Below, piece by piece: positions 38,540 through 52,129 of a stretch of DNA of 64,000 nt. The notes under the pieces were generated by a model. The model ran no database searches and was not told where the DNA came from. It saw only the letters and a list, made by a program, of their open reading frames with translations. Both the position numbers and the translations under genes were made by a program. Numbering within the stretch: position 1 is the stretch's first letter; each line of letters begins with the position of its first letter. The stretch is from Camelus dromedarius (Eukaryota), in assembly GCF_036321535.1 (NCBI RefSeq), contig NC_087436.1, forward strand, positions 22,570,001 through 22,634,000. Direction: 5' to 3'.

Positions 38540-41500
38540 TCACTCAAGGAAATAAGGAATAGAAAGGAAGGGGCCAAGATGAAAACCCAGAGAAATGCCA
38601 ATACTCAGGGATTAGAAGTTCTAGTTAGTAAAGTGAAATAGGAAAGTGTGATCAGATACAGGAGAAGAATCATGGAAGATACATAGGAGTAATCAGATTC
38701 ATAGAAAAAGAGAGAGTTTCAGGAAATAGAAGGTGGCTAACGATCCAAGTGCTGCTGAGAGGCCAAGGAGAATGGCTAAGAAGAGAGTGTGGGATTTAGT
38801 ACATCATCAGTGGCCCTTGAGGGAAGCGGTTCATTTGAGTGATAGCAGATGGGAACCTAGTTAAAGTGGGATCAGAGGCAATGAGAGAGTATGTAGAGCG
38901 TGGATAGATTAATGAAAACATTATTGACAGAATACAAGCAATTTGTGATCAGATGGCAAAACAGAGTCAAAGGCAACATTTGGTTGAATTGATACTAATC
39001 ATGTTGTACAGATTCAAGTACAAAAAAAAAAAGAATAAAATATGAATCCCCACACTTTAAAAATTTAGAACATGCTATTACCACTTTCATGAATGAAATT
39101 TACTGCAAGCCCTGCCCATGATATTGTCCATTACATAGGGCATGAGTTTAGGTCAAGTGAGAGTTACTATTAAAATGAGAGTCAAACAGATATCCTTGGG
39201 CATTTAATGTGCCAGAGAGGGTCCAAATTTCATAGTCATTCAATTCTAAGACAGATCCCTTAAATTTTCTAGGCTTTCACACATTAATTTAACAGTACTC
39301 TGGGGAAAAGTGGATAGTAAAACTTTGGGGATTTTATTATTCTGCTGGCTTAAAATAATTGAAAATGTTCTCCCAAAAGATTGAAAGGGAAGAAAAACTC
39401 ACCAGAACAAATTCTGCCTTCATCACTGTCAAGGTACTGAAAGTCCTTCTTTTTTTTTTTTCAATATCTGATGCTGGAGGTGAGTATTTGAAGACAAGAC
39501 ATGGTCTGTCCAGTTAACTTCACTCTGTTTTCAATCTGAGTGAAATTTTTCTGTGCTGTAATTTATTGAAGCTGATGTATGAAGCAGGTTGACAAATTTC
39601 TTTTTTTAAATTAGGGGGGAAAAAGTATCTGCTTAGGGAGTCTAGGATTTACCTTTATTCTGAACTCTAAAGTGTGACCTCCCTCCAAAATATGGAGCTA
39701 TGTATATAATTACTGTTTCCAATTTTATTTTGGTATGAATTTTACTGACTGTTTGAACTAAATATCAGATCCTCTCTAATTTTATACATTTGCAATACTT
39801 TAAAATGTGTCTTTTTTTCAACATTAAGGAAGATGGGGCTTTTTAATGGGAATTGTGAGAATTCATTCAACTTGGCAAGCCTTCTGTTTTAACTGTATGT
39901 TCACATATTGAGGACATAAGTCATACGCTCCATTTGCATTTTTATTTCCCTTCCACTTAAAGGAAATTTTCTGTATTGTTTCTAACCGAGGTTTATTTGA
40001 CATTTTGCCTTGCTTTGACTCATTTATTTCTGGGGTTTAAATGACTAATTTAAAATTTGAAATGTGTGTAAGTAAATAAGTAGTTAGGTACAAAGGTAGG
40101 TCACTTTTTTTTTTTCCTAAAAAAGAAACCAGAGTGAACTCACTGCTTTTGAGTATTTCCTCCTTTGCCCCACCCTCTATCTCTATGAGCATCAGATACA
40201 AGAAAGCATGAAAGGAAAGAATCACATAAATGAGAATCAACTGCTTTTAATCCCAAAGATACATCACGTAATGTCAGTCAGAGGCTACTCCATCCAATGC
40301 ATTCTAAGGCATTCTAAAATTCATTTCTGGATTCTGCTTTCATAGGGCTTATGGTTTTATAAAGAAGTAAAGGCATATATGAAAGTAATTGTAATTTAGG
40401 ATAGAAAGTATTTATCCTAGGCAGGGGTTTGGAAGAACTGTATGGAAAGAAAGATTCATAACAATTTGGCATTTGATCAAGCCCTAAAAGTTATCTAGGA
40501 TTTGAACGCGTAAAGATGGGAAAGAAATTGTTAGCAGAGAGGACTGTGGACAGAGGCACAGAGTGGGAAGTTAAAGGTATAATGAAGTTTGTCTGGAGCA
40601 TAAGGTGTCAGAGAACAGCTACACAGTGAAACTTCATTCTTTAGGCAAATGGTAAATAGTTAAGATTTTGGGGCAAGGGAATGGTGTGATCAGAGCTAGC
40701 TTTTGGAAGAAGATTAATTTTGCAGCACTGTGCAGGACTGCCTGGCATGAGGTTTTACTACGTTATTCTCTTTTAACCACCTTCACTATAGCATCCAGAC
40801 AGCTGCGGAACTGGAATGTGTAATCACAGATGATCCTGTACATCTTTAAAGTGGAATAAACATTACTTTGATGGGCTCTGTTCTCACATGAAGTACTTAA
40901 CTTTAATTGAAGTCTTCAATGATGCTTTACATTTTATCCACAAATTGTGGTTTTCCTTTTGTATTCTTTTCTATGAGGATTCACGTTTACTTGCAAGGCA
41001 AAATAGAAGACAATGTGATTTATTTCCACTTATTCTGTGGTTTATGGAGAGCTGTCAGTAGAATGATCTATGAGACGTTATATCGTGATGGCATATGTTA
41101 TAGTATGTTGATGAAATGATTTATTGAGCTTGATTAAAGGTTTGAAGGAACACATCTTTCACATAAAGAATAAAAATATTTTTAAAAATTCTTCTAGTGG
41201 TGAATTTGTGATTATATGAATTAACTCTGTAAACATGCTTCCTGTTCAGTTTAACTCAATAGCAAAGGGTCACATTATTTCATCTACATACTTTTTTTCC
41301 CACTGTGAAAAAAAGTGTAGCAGTTTTAGTGAATTGTTTGAGATTCTATGTGCTTATCATTCCCTGAATACCCTTCCTGACTTTGTGAGACTTTCTGTGA
41401 CCTCATCTTTGTCCGTGGGAATAATTTCACTTTTTCTTAATTTTCCACTGATGTGTTTTGCATGCTTGTTGATAGGAATGGTGACAATTTCAGCATGTTA

Positions 41501-44500
41501 TACAGTTCAGAATATTAAAATTTATTATAGGTTACAAATGACATCTCAATTTCCAAAGGGGAAAAAACTCAAAACTCTGAGAATATAGTGCATCAGTTGA
41601 CGTCTCTCTTTCGAGAAGGAAATGCTCCTCTTTCAAATGGCAAGTTAACCCAAGAGAAGCACATTGACATTGACCAGAACATGGGGAAACGCTTAACTCT
41701 CTTAGAGTGCTGCAGTCTGGAGTGGGCAGAGTATGAAGTCACGTTAAGTGCATCCTGGCACCCACGCTTCTGTCTAAAGGGAGCCTGCAGCTTGGTTTCA
41801 GCTTACATCTCAACCGGGAAGCCCGTCTTTCCAGCAAAGGACCAGAGAGCGCCTTCCAGACCAGCTCAGCGCACACCAAACCACTGGGTTCAGGTAGGTG
41901 GGAAGGGCGGCAGCCTGGAACAGACCCGGGGGCCCAGCTTACTGCACAAACTGTGTCCAGAGGCTTAGTTGGCCATAACTTCACACATACAGAGCTTTTT
42001 GAGCAATTACATACATATGACTTAAGAACTTTCCCCAAATGGAAATAAGAACCCTGAGAGGAGGAAGTAGTGTTCCAAAAGGTACCACTACAGGACATGG
42101 CCAATGGGGGACCAACATAAGAAAAGTAGAAAAAGCTAGATCAGGTGAGAAAAGTCCATACTGCAGGCTAAGGGTTTTCACCAGCTTTTTCTATATCATT
42201 CCATTCATTGTTTTAAAATTTTGTATATTGGTACCTGATAGGTATTTATAGTTTACGCTTAAGTTACCATATATTCCATAACAGCATTGTAATTCCATTA
42301 CAACATCAGTCGTAATCAATGTCTCTTGTTTGAATGAAGATCTTCTCCTAGGATTGTTTCAAGAGATATCTGGGCCGGGCAATCTCTCCCTAACTATTGC
42401 TGTCATTGTAAAATGTATATGCACAACCTATATGAATCATGAAACCCATCTCCCTTTCAGAATGTCAGAATATTACTTTACCAATGCTTATTTTGGCTTG
42501 ATCAATTAAACATTACAATAGATAATGAGAACTTAGCAATAAGTGTCTACTGACCAGTTTTCTTTGGTAGGGGCAGGAGGGAAGCAATTTTAAAAAGGGC
42601 AGATAATCACAAAGTAATTTCATTAAAGTTCTTTATAGTGATAAGCTCCATATGTATATCTTTGTTATAAATGTGCGTGTTGTATCTATGAACTCACTTA
42701 ATCCTTTACATGTAGTATGTGTTAAACTGTGGTTGACATCCACAGTTATGACCTTAGGACCCATGTTTATAATAACTGCAAACACATACAGGGCTTGTTA
42801 AGTGCCAGGCACTTAATTCTAAGCACATATAAGTCATTTACTCCTTACAATGATATAACCCTGTGATGCTGCTGATGATATTAAAACCACTTTATAGACA
42901 TTCAGGAAAGTAAGTAACTTGCCCAATGTCACATGGATGAGAATTGTCAAGTCTGGACTTTCAAGTTAGATAACTTGGTTTCAGGGTCCACTTAACAGCT
43001 ATCTGCACTGCCTCTCATTAAGAGATGGATTTGTCAGAGTGAGCTTCCGAAGGCTAGAGCAGGCTAGCCAGCCTTCCCCCTTAATCTGCCAGGTGCAGTT
43101 TGCGGCACGGAGGATACCAAGGAAAATCAACTCTGCCCTTTGACCACAAAGAATATTCAGTACTTCATGATGAACTCCAAAATACAAATTTTCTTTTAGC
43201 ACTCTGAAACAATAAAGTCTAATGTTATATTTCAGTGATTTCTGTGAGAGTTAATCATCAAGTCTGTGTCTAAGGATGGACTGGCATTGAATTTGTATTT
43301 CAACGCCCCTGGCCTTTTAGAGATAATTCTACAGCTCAAGGGGCAAGATGTCTAATAGTAGGAAAGCCCAAAGGGAAGTCAGAATCCTGAGGGAATTCCC
43401 ATTCTTCAGTTTCAGTTAAGTTTCATATGTGTATGACACACTATATAAAGTGACTGAGAGTAGGCTGTTTCATCCTGGAAGCATCCTGTTTAGGTACAAG
43501 GGCCCAGGGCTTGACCTCTAACACCAGTCCCTCTTCTCAATAACTTCTAGATTCAGGTTAAGTCCTCCTGATGAGCCTCAGTTTCCTGTTCTTTGAACTG
43601 AACACAAAGGACAAAATGTATCTTAAAAGACTGTATTAATAAGCAGGGTGTGTGTATCTGTGCGTGTGGCAATTTTGATAACATGCATGAATTCTTATTT
43701 AAAAAGTAATAAAGTGTTTCTGGAGGAACTTTAAACTCTGATAACTGTATCTTTCCATAGGGAACATCTGAAGGTTTTGCAGGGACAATTAAAGTCAATA
43801 AACAGTGATATTCAGTCTTGCTTTCATCAGTCCTGCTTGAATGACATTTTGGCGGCTACAACCAAGCCTTCAGAGAGTCTCTTGCTGTAGCTATCAATCA
43901 TAGACATCCAGAGAAAACAAATTGATGTATTTCCTTGGGAGGGGGTAGTGGTGGGTGGAACATGGATGGAAAGAAGATATATAGATATAATATTGCAAAT
44001 GTCCTTTGCAAAGTTAGCCAGAAGGCATCTCTAAACCTTATAAGCACTTACATGTTCAGAAAGGTGACTTGCTATAAGTGCTACATCTTTCAAAAAAGAT
44101 CATTGGCAGCCTGAGTAAGAAACTTTCTTTATCTAGCAGCAGATTCAGCTATAGACCATGTAGATATTTCTAAATGAATACAAAATATATTAAATTAATA
44201 CCTATTAGGCAGCCATTCTGTCAGGCACAAGAGAGACAGTTGTTAGTAATATATGTCAATTTTCTGATCTCCAAGCTTACAGCGTGTTAAGTAAGTAAAC
44301 AAGAAAAGCATTAATGGAGTGGGATGAGTGGTGTGAAAGGCAAGAGAAAGTATTACGAGGGAAATAGGAAGGACACCTAAGTCAGGGAGAGCTTCGCAGG
44401 GGAAGTAATATTTAAATTGACGGTGGGGAGAATATAAAAATCCTCCAAGTGTAAATATTAGTGTCCTCATTTTATAAGTAAGGAAATTAAGGCACCAAGA

Positions 44501-45188
44501 GGTTAGATGGTTTGGTGGGAATAAAAATGATACCTTGGAGTCAAGGCAGCTGCTTATGTGGGTGCGTGTAGGTGTGTTTCTGAGTCTGTGTACGTGCACA
44601 CATCCCACGTATGGGGATGGGGGGTTAGTTTTTATTTCAACGATGTGATAGACTTCAATATACATAAGACTAATGGGAGAGAATCAGTCCCTGTTAGGCC
44701 AGAAGGGAAGGGTTCTAGATCTCCCAAGGGGGACTGGCCTGGATGTTATATTGTCAGAGTAATTGGTTAAATACATATGTAGGCAAGTGAATTTTAACCT
44801 GTACTCTAGGGTTGGTTGGTTAGCTTTCAAAGTGCCCTGATCAGAAATGCACCACTCCAGAGGTTGCTGCTTTCAAAATATTGTTCTCAAAATCTATACC
44901 AGAGGGTTTTAAAATTAGCCTAAAATATGTGATGTGATTTAACCTAAAATAATGTTCATTAGTGTGGTGAGTAGTGTTTAAGATATGTTGTTGGCTAGGA
45001 AGTCTGTCCAGGCCCCACCATACTCGTGTGGTTGCGGCATAAGGCTCCGGCAAGCCCAGCTGCACTGTAGCTTTGTAACACTGCTCCTATTGGCCTGTAC
45101 TCCTTGAAGAAGACTGTCGGCTAATTCAACTATATTTCAGCTGGTCCAGTCATATGGTCTCTGTAATGCCTGACTAACACTTTCATTG

Positions 45189-47925
45189 CAGGACTCGCTA
45201 TATAATTTGCAAGATCCAATGAAAAATACAAATGCAAGGCCACTTGATAAAAAGCAGGAAAAAAATGCCATTGTGGATACTAAAATAGAATGTTTTTTTT
45301 CTTTTCTTCTGAGGTCTCACTCTTGACTCGTTACAGTATTTTTTTTTCTAATTCTTTTTCTTGTGGTAATATATATATATATAACATAAAATTTACCATC
45401 TTAACAATGTTAAGGGCACAGTTCAATAGTATTAAATACATTCACAGTATTGTGGAACCATCACCACTATCCATCACTATAATCCTTTTCATCTTGTAAA
45501 ATTGAAACTATACCCATTAAACAATAACTCTCCATTTTGCTTTCCCCAGGCCAAGGCAACCACCACTTTACTTTCTGTCTCTATAATTTTGACTACTCTG
45601 TGTATCTCATATTAACGAGGGCACAAGGTGGATTTTTATGACTGGTTGATTTTACTTAGCATAACATTCTTCAGGTCTGTCCATTTTACAGCATATGTCA
45701 GAATTTCCTTCCTTTTTAAGGCTAAATCATATTTTATTGTATGTATATACCACATTTTGCTTATCTATTCAACTGCTGATGAACACGGGTTACTTCTAGG
45801 TTTTAGTTATTGTGAATAATTCTTCCATGAACGTGGTGTACGTATTCACATCTTTCTGAGACCTTGCTTTCAATTATTTTGGGTAAAACAACCAGAAATG
45901 GAACTGCTGGGTCATATGGCAATTCTTCTTAATTTTTTGAGGAGCTGCCATGCTGTTTTCCATTGTGGCTGTACCATTTTACATTCTCACCAACAGTACA
46001 CAGGGATTCCAATTTCTCCACATCTTCACCAACACTTGCTATTTTCTGTTTGTTTTGGTTTGGTTTAGGTTTTTCTTTTGATGGTAGCTATCTTGTGAGG
46101 GTTGTGAGGGTATCTTTCTTTCTGTGGTTTTGACCTGCAATTCTCTAATAACTAAGGATGTTGAGCATCTTTTCATGTGTTTATTGGTTATTTGCATATC
46201 TTCTTTGAAGAAATGTCTATTTAAGTCCTTTGTTCACTTTTTAATCAGATTGTTTCTTTTTTTGTTGTTGAATTTTAGGAGTTCTCTATATATTCTGGAT
46301 ATTAATCTCTTATCAGAAAATGATTTGCACATTTTATCCCATTCTGTGGGTTTCCTTTCAATTCTATGATACTGTCTTTTGATGCACAATTTTTTCATAT
46401 TTCCATGAAGTCCAATATGTCTATTTTTTTTCTTTTGTCGCCCGTGCCTTTGGTATTATATCCAAAAAATTATTGCCAAATCCAATATCATGAATCTCTT
46501 GCCTTATGTTTTCTTCTAAGAGTTTTATATTTTACATTCAGAGCTTTGATTCATTTGGAGTTACTTTTTGATATATGTGGTGTTAAGTAAGGGTCCAATT
46601 CCACTCTTTTACATGTGGATATCCAATTTTTCAAGTACCATTTGTGGAGAAGACTGTCCTTCCCCCCATCAAATGGCCTTGACATCCTTGTCAAAAATAA
46701 TATTACTAGATATGAGTGTTTATTTCTGGAAATTCTATTCTATTCCATTGGTCTATACATCTGTTTTTATACCAGTATCACACTGTCCTGATTACTGTAG
46801 CTTCATAGTAAGTTTTGAAATCAGGAAGTGTGAGTCTTTCAGCTTGTTGGTTCCTTTCAGATCACTTTGGCCATTAAGGGTCCCTTGAAATTCCATGTGA
46901 ATTTTGGGATGAGTTTTTCTATTGTTCTCTCACCTCCTTCTGGGACTTCTGTGATATATATGTCTGTCTTCTTGATGGTGTCCCACAGGTCCCTTAGGCT
47001 CTGTTTACCTTTCTTCAATCTTTTTCCTTTCTCTTTGTCAGATTCAATAATTTTCATTGTCCTGTCTTCAAGTTCACTTATTCTTTCTATTGTCTGCCAA
47101 AATCTACCTTTGTATCCTAATAAATTTTTCATTTCAATTATTCTACTTTTCAGCTCCAGAAATTCTTTTTGGTTTCTTTTAAAAATTTTCTGTCCCTTTA
47201 TTGATATTTCTATTTTGTTCAGCCATCATTTTCTTGACATATTCCTTTAGTTCCCTGAGCATCTTTAAGACATTTGTGTCTTTGTCTGGTAAATCTGCCA
47301 TCAGGTCTTTTTAAGACACAGTTTCTGTTGATGTAGTTTTTCCTTTGAATGAACCACACTTTATTGTTCTTTGTATACTTTGCGGTATTTTTGTTGAGAA
47401 CTAGACATTTGAATCTAACAATGTAGCAGCTCTGGAAATCAGATTCTCCCCATCCACCAGTGTTTGTCGTATTTTGTTATTTAATTAATTAATTTGTTTG
47501 TTTCTGTTACAGGCTGTTTTTTTTTTTTTTGCTTCTTGATACACACCCATTCTACTAACACTTTCTATCTTCAGTTTACTGATAAGTAAGATAGAACTAA
47601 AAAGCAGAGAAATATGAATTGCCTTATCTTTCCTTTCCTTTCTATGTCATCATTTTCAGCATAAGTGGTTGGCTAATACAGGGAAGTAACTTTAGTAAGA
47701 AAGGAAATGACAGGCTTCCTTGGTTGTTTGTGCTTTACAGAATACTACTGCCTTCTTTCTAGCATGTTTTGTTTCCAAGAGAAATCTCACTGAACTCCCA
47801 AGCATAGTAGTTCCACCAGCACTCTGTGGTCACTGGGGATCAGAAACACTGTGAATAGGGCATCAAGGAACAATGGTGGACACACACTGCATGTGTATCC
47901 TCTACACACACAGGCTCTATTAACC
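45189..47925 (-). mobile_element. MER45B-like hAT-Tip100 fossil split by an L1 (pieces about 45189-45345 and 47530-47925)
   Basis: The terminus caggactcgctatataatttgcaagatccaatgaaaaatacaaatgc is the reverse complement of the right end of the element at 53516-54412. The internal piece tgtcatcattttcagcataagtggttggctaatacagggaagtaac matches recalled MER45B. Confidence 0.75.
45346..47530 (-). mobile_element. L1 (3'UTR and ORF2 end) fused directly to an ORF1-region fragment
   Basis: 45346-46920 is the L1MA/MB 3' end and ORF2. ORF 46857-47132(-) ERISELEDRTMKIIESDKEKGKRLKKGKQSLRDLWDTIKKTDIYITEVPEGGER is ORF1p and runs in frame into IEKLIPKFTWNFKGPLMAK (ORF2p). Confidence 0.85.
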
Positions 47926-48744
47926 CATTAGTTTTTATTTTCTTCCCAACACCTTGTACCTTAGCAATGCTCTCTCTTCTCTCCTCATTACAGACCAGTT
48001 TGTATAAAAAGCCCAAGAATCTCACAAGGAGATGTCATAGATCTAAATCTTTTCTCCAAATTTATAATGGATTAGTATGGACCACAGTGAAACTGCCTGA
48101 GTGTGCCTCCAGATTTCTTGAGCAGTTCAAGGTCAGAGATGGGAATAACAGTGAGGAAGATCCCAAAAGAGCAGTAATGCATTTACTGCTAAAAATGTTT
48201 GGTGGGTGCTAAAGTAATTAACTGGAAAAAATTAAAGAGGGCAATCATATTGGAGACATCACAAACAATATTAGTTTTATAATTCAAAAGTCACTCTGCT
48301 CAACCACCAGGAGGTGTCTTGGGTTTGGACTGGTTATAAAATTCATGGGATACAATAGGTTTTCCATAGTACCAAGTTCACTTAGCTAGAAGAAAGCATA
48401 TGGGATAGAAAACCCACAGCTTGGCTAGCCACAGCATAGGGGAGGTCTCATTTCTCCAACTAGAAATAGTTTCCAAATACCCCAATACTCTCCACATTTT
48501 GGGGGTGGGGTGGGGCTGTGGTTACAAGAGAATAGACTGATTAGACACAGACCACTGAAGACTGGAGAAACCATCAGCTCTGGGATCTCTTGAGCTTTTC
48601 TATCTGACTCCAGTACAAATGTATCCCACTAGCAGCAGCTATAATTACCTGATGCACAGTCTCAAGTACAATGAGTTACATAGCAACTTCAACCAATTCT
48701 GATTCTTCTTGGATATAGTGCAACTGGTCTTAATATACTGAAGA

Positions 48745-48762
48745 TAGTGTAAATAATATCTA

Positions 48763-48794
<32 letters not shown>

Positions 48795-49630
48795 AAGATT
48801 AACCTTGCCCTTTGTCCCCAGATCCTAGTAGGTAACCTATAAGCCCTTGGGATGTTCTACCCGTTTAACTGGAAGCTTTAGGCCATTGTTATAGTCCATG
48901 CTAACAGTTTGATTTATCGTGGGGACCTTAGGCCACATGGTATCAGCTTGAACTTTGAAGGGGCTGGAGACTGAGGTTAGCCACGGACAGACAGTAATGT
49001 CTATGAGGTCAGTCTGTGATAAGAATTTCTAAACCACTTAGCAAATTTCAATTCTATAATACAGTGCTATCAACTACAGTCACCATGCTATACATTAGAT
49101 CCTCAAACCTTATTCATCTTATAGTTAAAAGTTTGCACCCTTTTACTAGCCATATAGCTGAAATATTCTAAGGAATTAGAACTTAAATGTTCTTATCAAA
49201 AAAAAGATAAATATGTGAGGTGATGGATGTGTTAACTAGAAGGGAAGAATCGTTTCACAATATGTGTGTGTGTGTGTGTGTAATAACAATGTGCACTTTA
49301 AATATCTTACAATTTTATTTATCAATTACACCTCAATAAAGCTGAAAAAAAAAAAAAAAAACCCTGGAGGCTTGAGGAGCTTCCCTGGTTGGCATACACT
49401 GTTGCTGGGAGAACTAACCACTGTCCACAAGACTCCACCAGGGGAGACACCTAGAAGCTCATGCTTGGAACAGTGGGTCCAGGAACCCGCCCTCTGTACC
49501 CCTTCCCTTTGCTGATTTTGCTATAAGTAACTGCAGCCTTGAGTCTAACAGCCTTTCTGAGTTCTGTGATTCCTTCTAGCAGATCCTTACACGTGAGAGT
49601 AGTCTTGAGGAACCTCCAGAACTTGCAACA
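48745..49630 (+). mobile_element. MER21-like LTR containing a (TCTG)n run and a nested inverted L1 3' end (about 49018-49361)
   Basis: ggccacatggtatcagcttg...ggggctggagactgaggttagcca, then gagcttccctggttggca ... ctgagttctgtgattccttctagc ... aacttgcaaca. Confidence 0.7.
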
Positions 49631-51993
49631 TCCTCCTGTGAATTTCCTAAGTTAATGTTTCCAGGAATCCCAAAGTTTAGAGGAAGGATCACAGACCTGC
49701 TGCTAGCCCTCTCCTTCCTCGCACGTGTCAGCAACACGTTTTAGAGGGACGTAGCTCTGCCGCGGTGCACACTGAGTGACTGTACCCAAGGCTGTGTTAG
49801 TCTATGATGGGTAAGACCATCTTTAACTCTAGGCATAATTAGTTTTTAAGAAGAAAAGAATGAAAATATAACACAAAATGCAAAATGGTAAGGACACTGA
49901 TGTCCTTTATTTCTCTGTAGCTTAGTTTTCCTACCTGCAAAATGAGAGAGAAGTCATAGTATATAGAAAATGAAGACAAGTTTACAGACTTCTTTCAGTA
50001 GCTATGGTTAGAGGAAAAAAGGGAAGGTTTTGTCCTATTCCATCCAAGGACCTTGCTTTTAAAAATGTTTGCTGTGCCGTGAAGGCTGGGCATTTCATTC
50101 ATTAGCACTTGCATCTGGGGCCAAAAGCCTTGAAGTTCGTATTATGCTCTCCTCTCAGGGCACTCTGTTACACACTGATTAAAAATAAAATATGTAATTG
50201 ATATGCACTTTATTTTCATGTGCTTAGAATTGCCATGTCCCAAACTAGTCTCTTATATGTTTGCTAATTTTCATGTTAATAATGAGATGCCTGTGGCTTT
50301 TATTAGCCTATAAATTAGAACTCTATTTAGAAGTCCCTGCCTTCAATTAGCCTTAAAGATAATTAAAGACCAATTTTTCATTGCTTCCTTTTCTACACAA
50401 TATTCTCCAATGTTAATTGTCTACTCTTTTGTTTTAATGTAATATAGTAACAGCAAAAGTTTATCTGTGACTCTGGTCTCACTCGGTCTATTCTTTATGC
50501 CACCAAGAGGAGGTATAGGTAAAGTCTGAAAATTCACATGTTTTTATAGATAAAAGAGAAAAATATGAAAGAAATTCTCTATTTATAGAACCCTAGGAAG
50601 TGGTAGGTAAAATTCATGTAAATTTGACAACTTGGGAAAAAAAAAGATATCTGTTTTTCCTTTTTCTTTAATGACAGAGCCTAGAACATTCACAGTTACC
50701 ATTTACTTTTTATGTCCAAAACCTATATTCAGTAATGACTAAAGCTCAAAAATTAATATTAATGAATCACTCGTTAGCTGTTAGCTCAGCTATTTCAATG
50801 TGCCCTGATGAGGCCAAAGGCATGGGAGTGAGCAATAACTGGGTCTACGGCAGTGATGACTACAGGGGGCCCTTACACGTGTCAACCCATTTGTTCCTCG
50901 CAATCGCCCTGTGAGCTCCTTAGAACAAGCATGATTATTGCTACTTTATGGAAAAAGAAACAGATTCAAAAAAGGTTAAGGGGCTTATTTAAGGTCTCAC
51001 AATTAACAAATGGGGGTAAACACTTGACCCTCAATTTTCTGACACTGGTGTCCTTTGCATCCAATAACACTGCTTCAACTTGATTTTGTTAATCATTTCC
51101 ATGTAAGTAATAAAGTAACTGTGACAGTCATTCACCTATTAATTACTCCTGCATTTAGAAGACCCTGGCCTCTGGGTTGAGATCACAATAGGTTATCTAC
51201 CAACTTGCAAATAAATTACAGGCAGAATTATAACGAAAGGCAATAATGAACAAGAGCTTAAAAAATAAGTACAGGAATCAAATGTATAGGACAGGTGTTG
51301 ATGGATATTTTCATCTATTTTAATTTTGCAGCAATTGGATGAAGAAGCATTATTGGTGACCTGCATGCAATCTATTTCCTGAACTAGACTGACAAGCCGG
51401 AAATGAAAAGGGAAAAAGAGACTTTGACTCATTTTTACAGGTTGCTTTTAAAGCAACAGATATTACATTAATCTGAAAGCTGAGCAGCCACCCTCTCCTG
51501 TCTTCTGAGACAGCTGAGATCTTGTCCCTCTCTTCCCAACAGCCCTCGTCCAACACAGTGCCTCTTGTATAACACGGCCAGGGGCAGGGGGCAATGGAGA
51601 GTGTCATTCGTATTCTAGGGAGAGGGACTTTCAGGTAAAGCTATATAAATTGAAGCAGAGACAGGGAGGGTCTTGGGCATGGTGCATGCTGGAAAAACAC
51701 AATTTTTCATGGACTCTACCTTAGGATATACGTTATCTCCCTTATAGCAAAGACACTGAGAAGTAAGAGCAGAATGTTCCATTTCAGTTCCACGTGAATG
51801 TTTCTGAAGTATCAGAAATTGAGCTGGGGTTGTGCACCGTTGAGATGATGGTTTTTACCAAAACATGAGCAATGTGAGGATGGCCATGGGAAACCTATGC
51901 CAGTGATGTGTCTGCAAACCCGCGGCCTAGACAGAGCTCACTACATACTAGAATGAAAAAGCTGCAAAGAGTAAGCTAAGAACAGGGTGAGAT

Positions 51994-52113
51994 GGTGAAA
52001 GGCAGATATAGCTCAGTGGTAGAGCATGCACGAGGTCCTGGGTTCAGTCCCCAGCACCTCCATTAGATAAGTAAATAAATAAATAAATACCCCCAAACAC
52101 ACCCCCCCAAAAA
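51994..52113 (+). mobile_element. tRNA-Ala-derived SINE (vic-1-like) with perfect 16-bp TSD
   Basis: tatagctcagtggtagagcatgcacgaggtcctgggttcagtccccagcacctcca plus (TAAA)n. TSD AAGAACAGGGTGAGAT at 51978-51993 and 52114-52129. Confidence 0.95.
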
Positions 52114-52129
52114 AAGAACAGGGTGAGAT

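Noticed and set aside
41588..42104. Overlapping 126-aa and 121-aa ORFs in a GC-richer patch
   Set aside because: No recognisable homology and no convincing pair of splice sites. The length is explainable by local GC content.
48500..48525. G-quadruplex candidate gggggtggggtggggctgtgg
   Set aside because: Only three full G-tracts. Such motifs are common and carry no specific evidence.
51994..52070. tRNA-Ala genes (also 34713-34801 and 58846-58985)
   Set aside because: They carry A-rich tails, TSDs in two cases, and stem or anticodon-arm disruptions. They are SINEs, not functional tRNAs.
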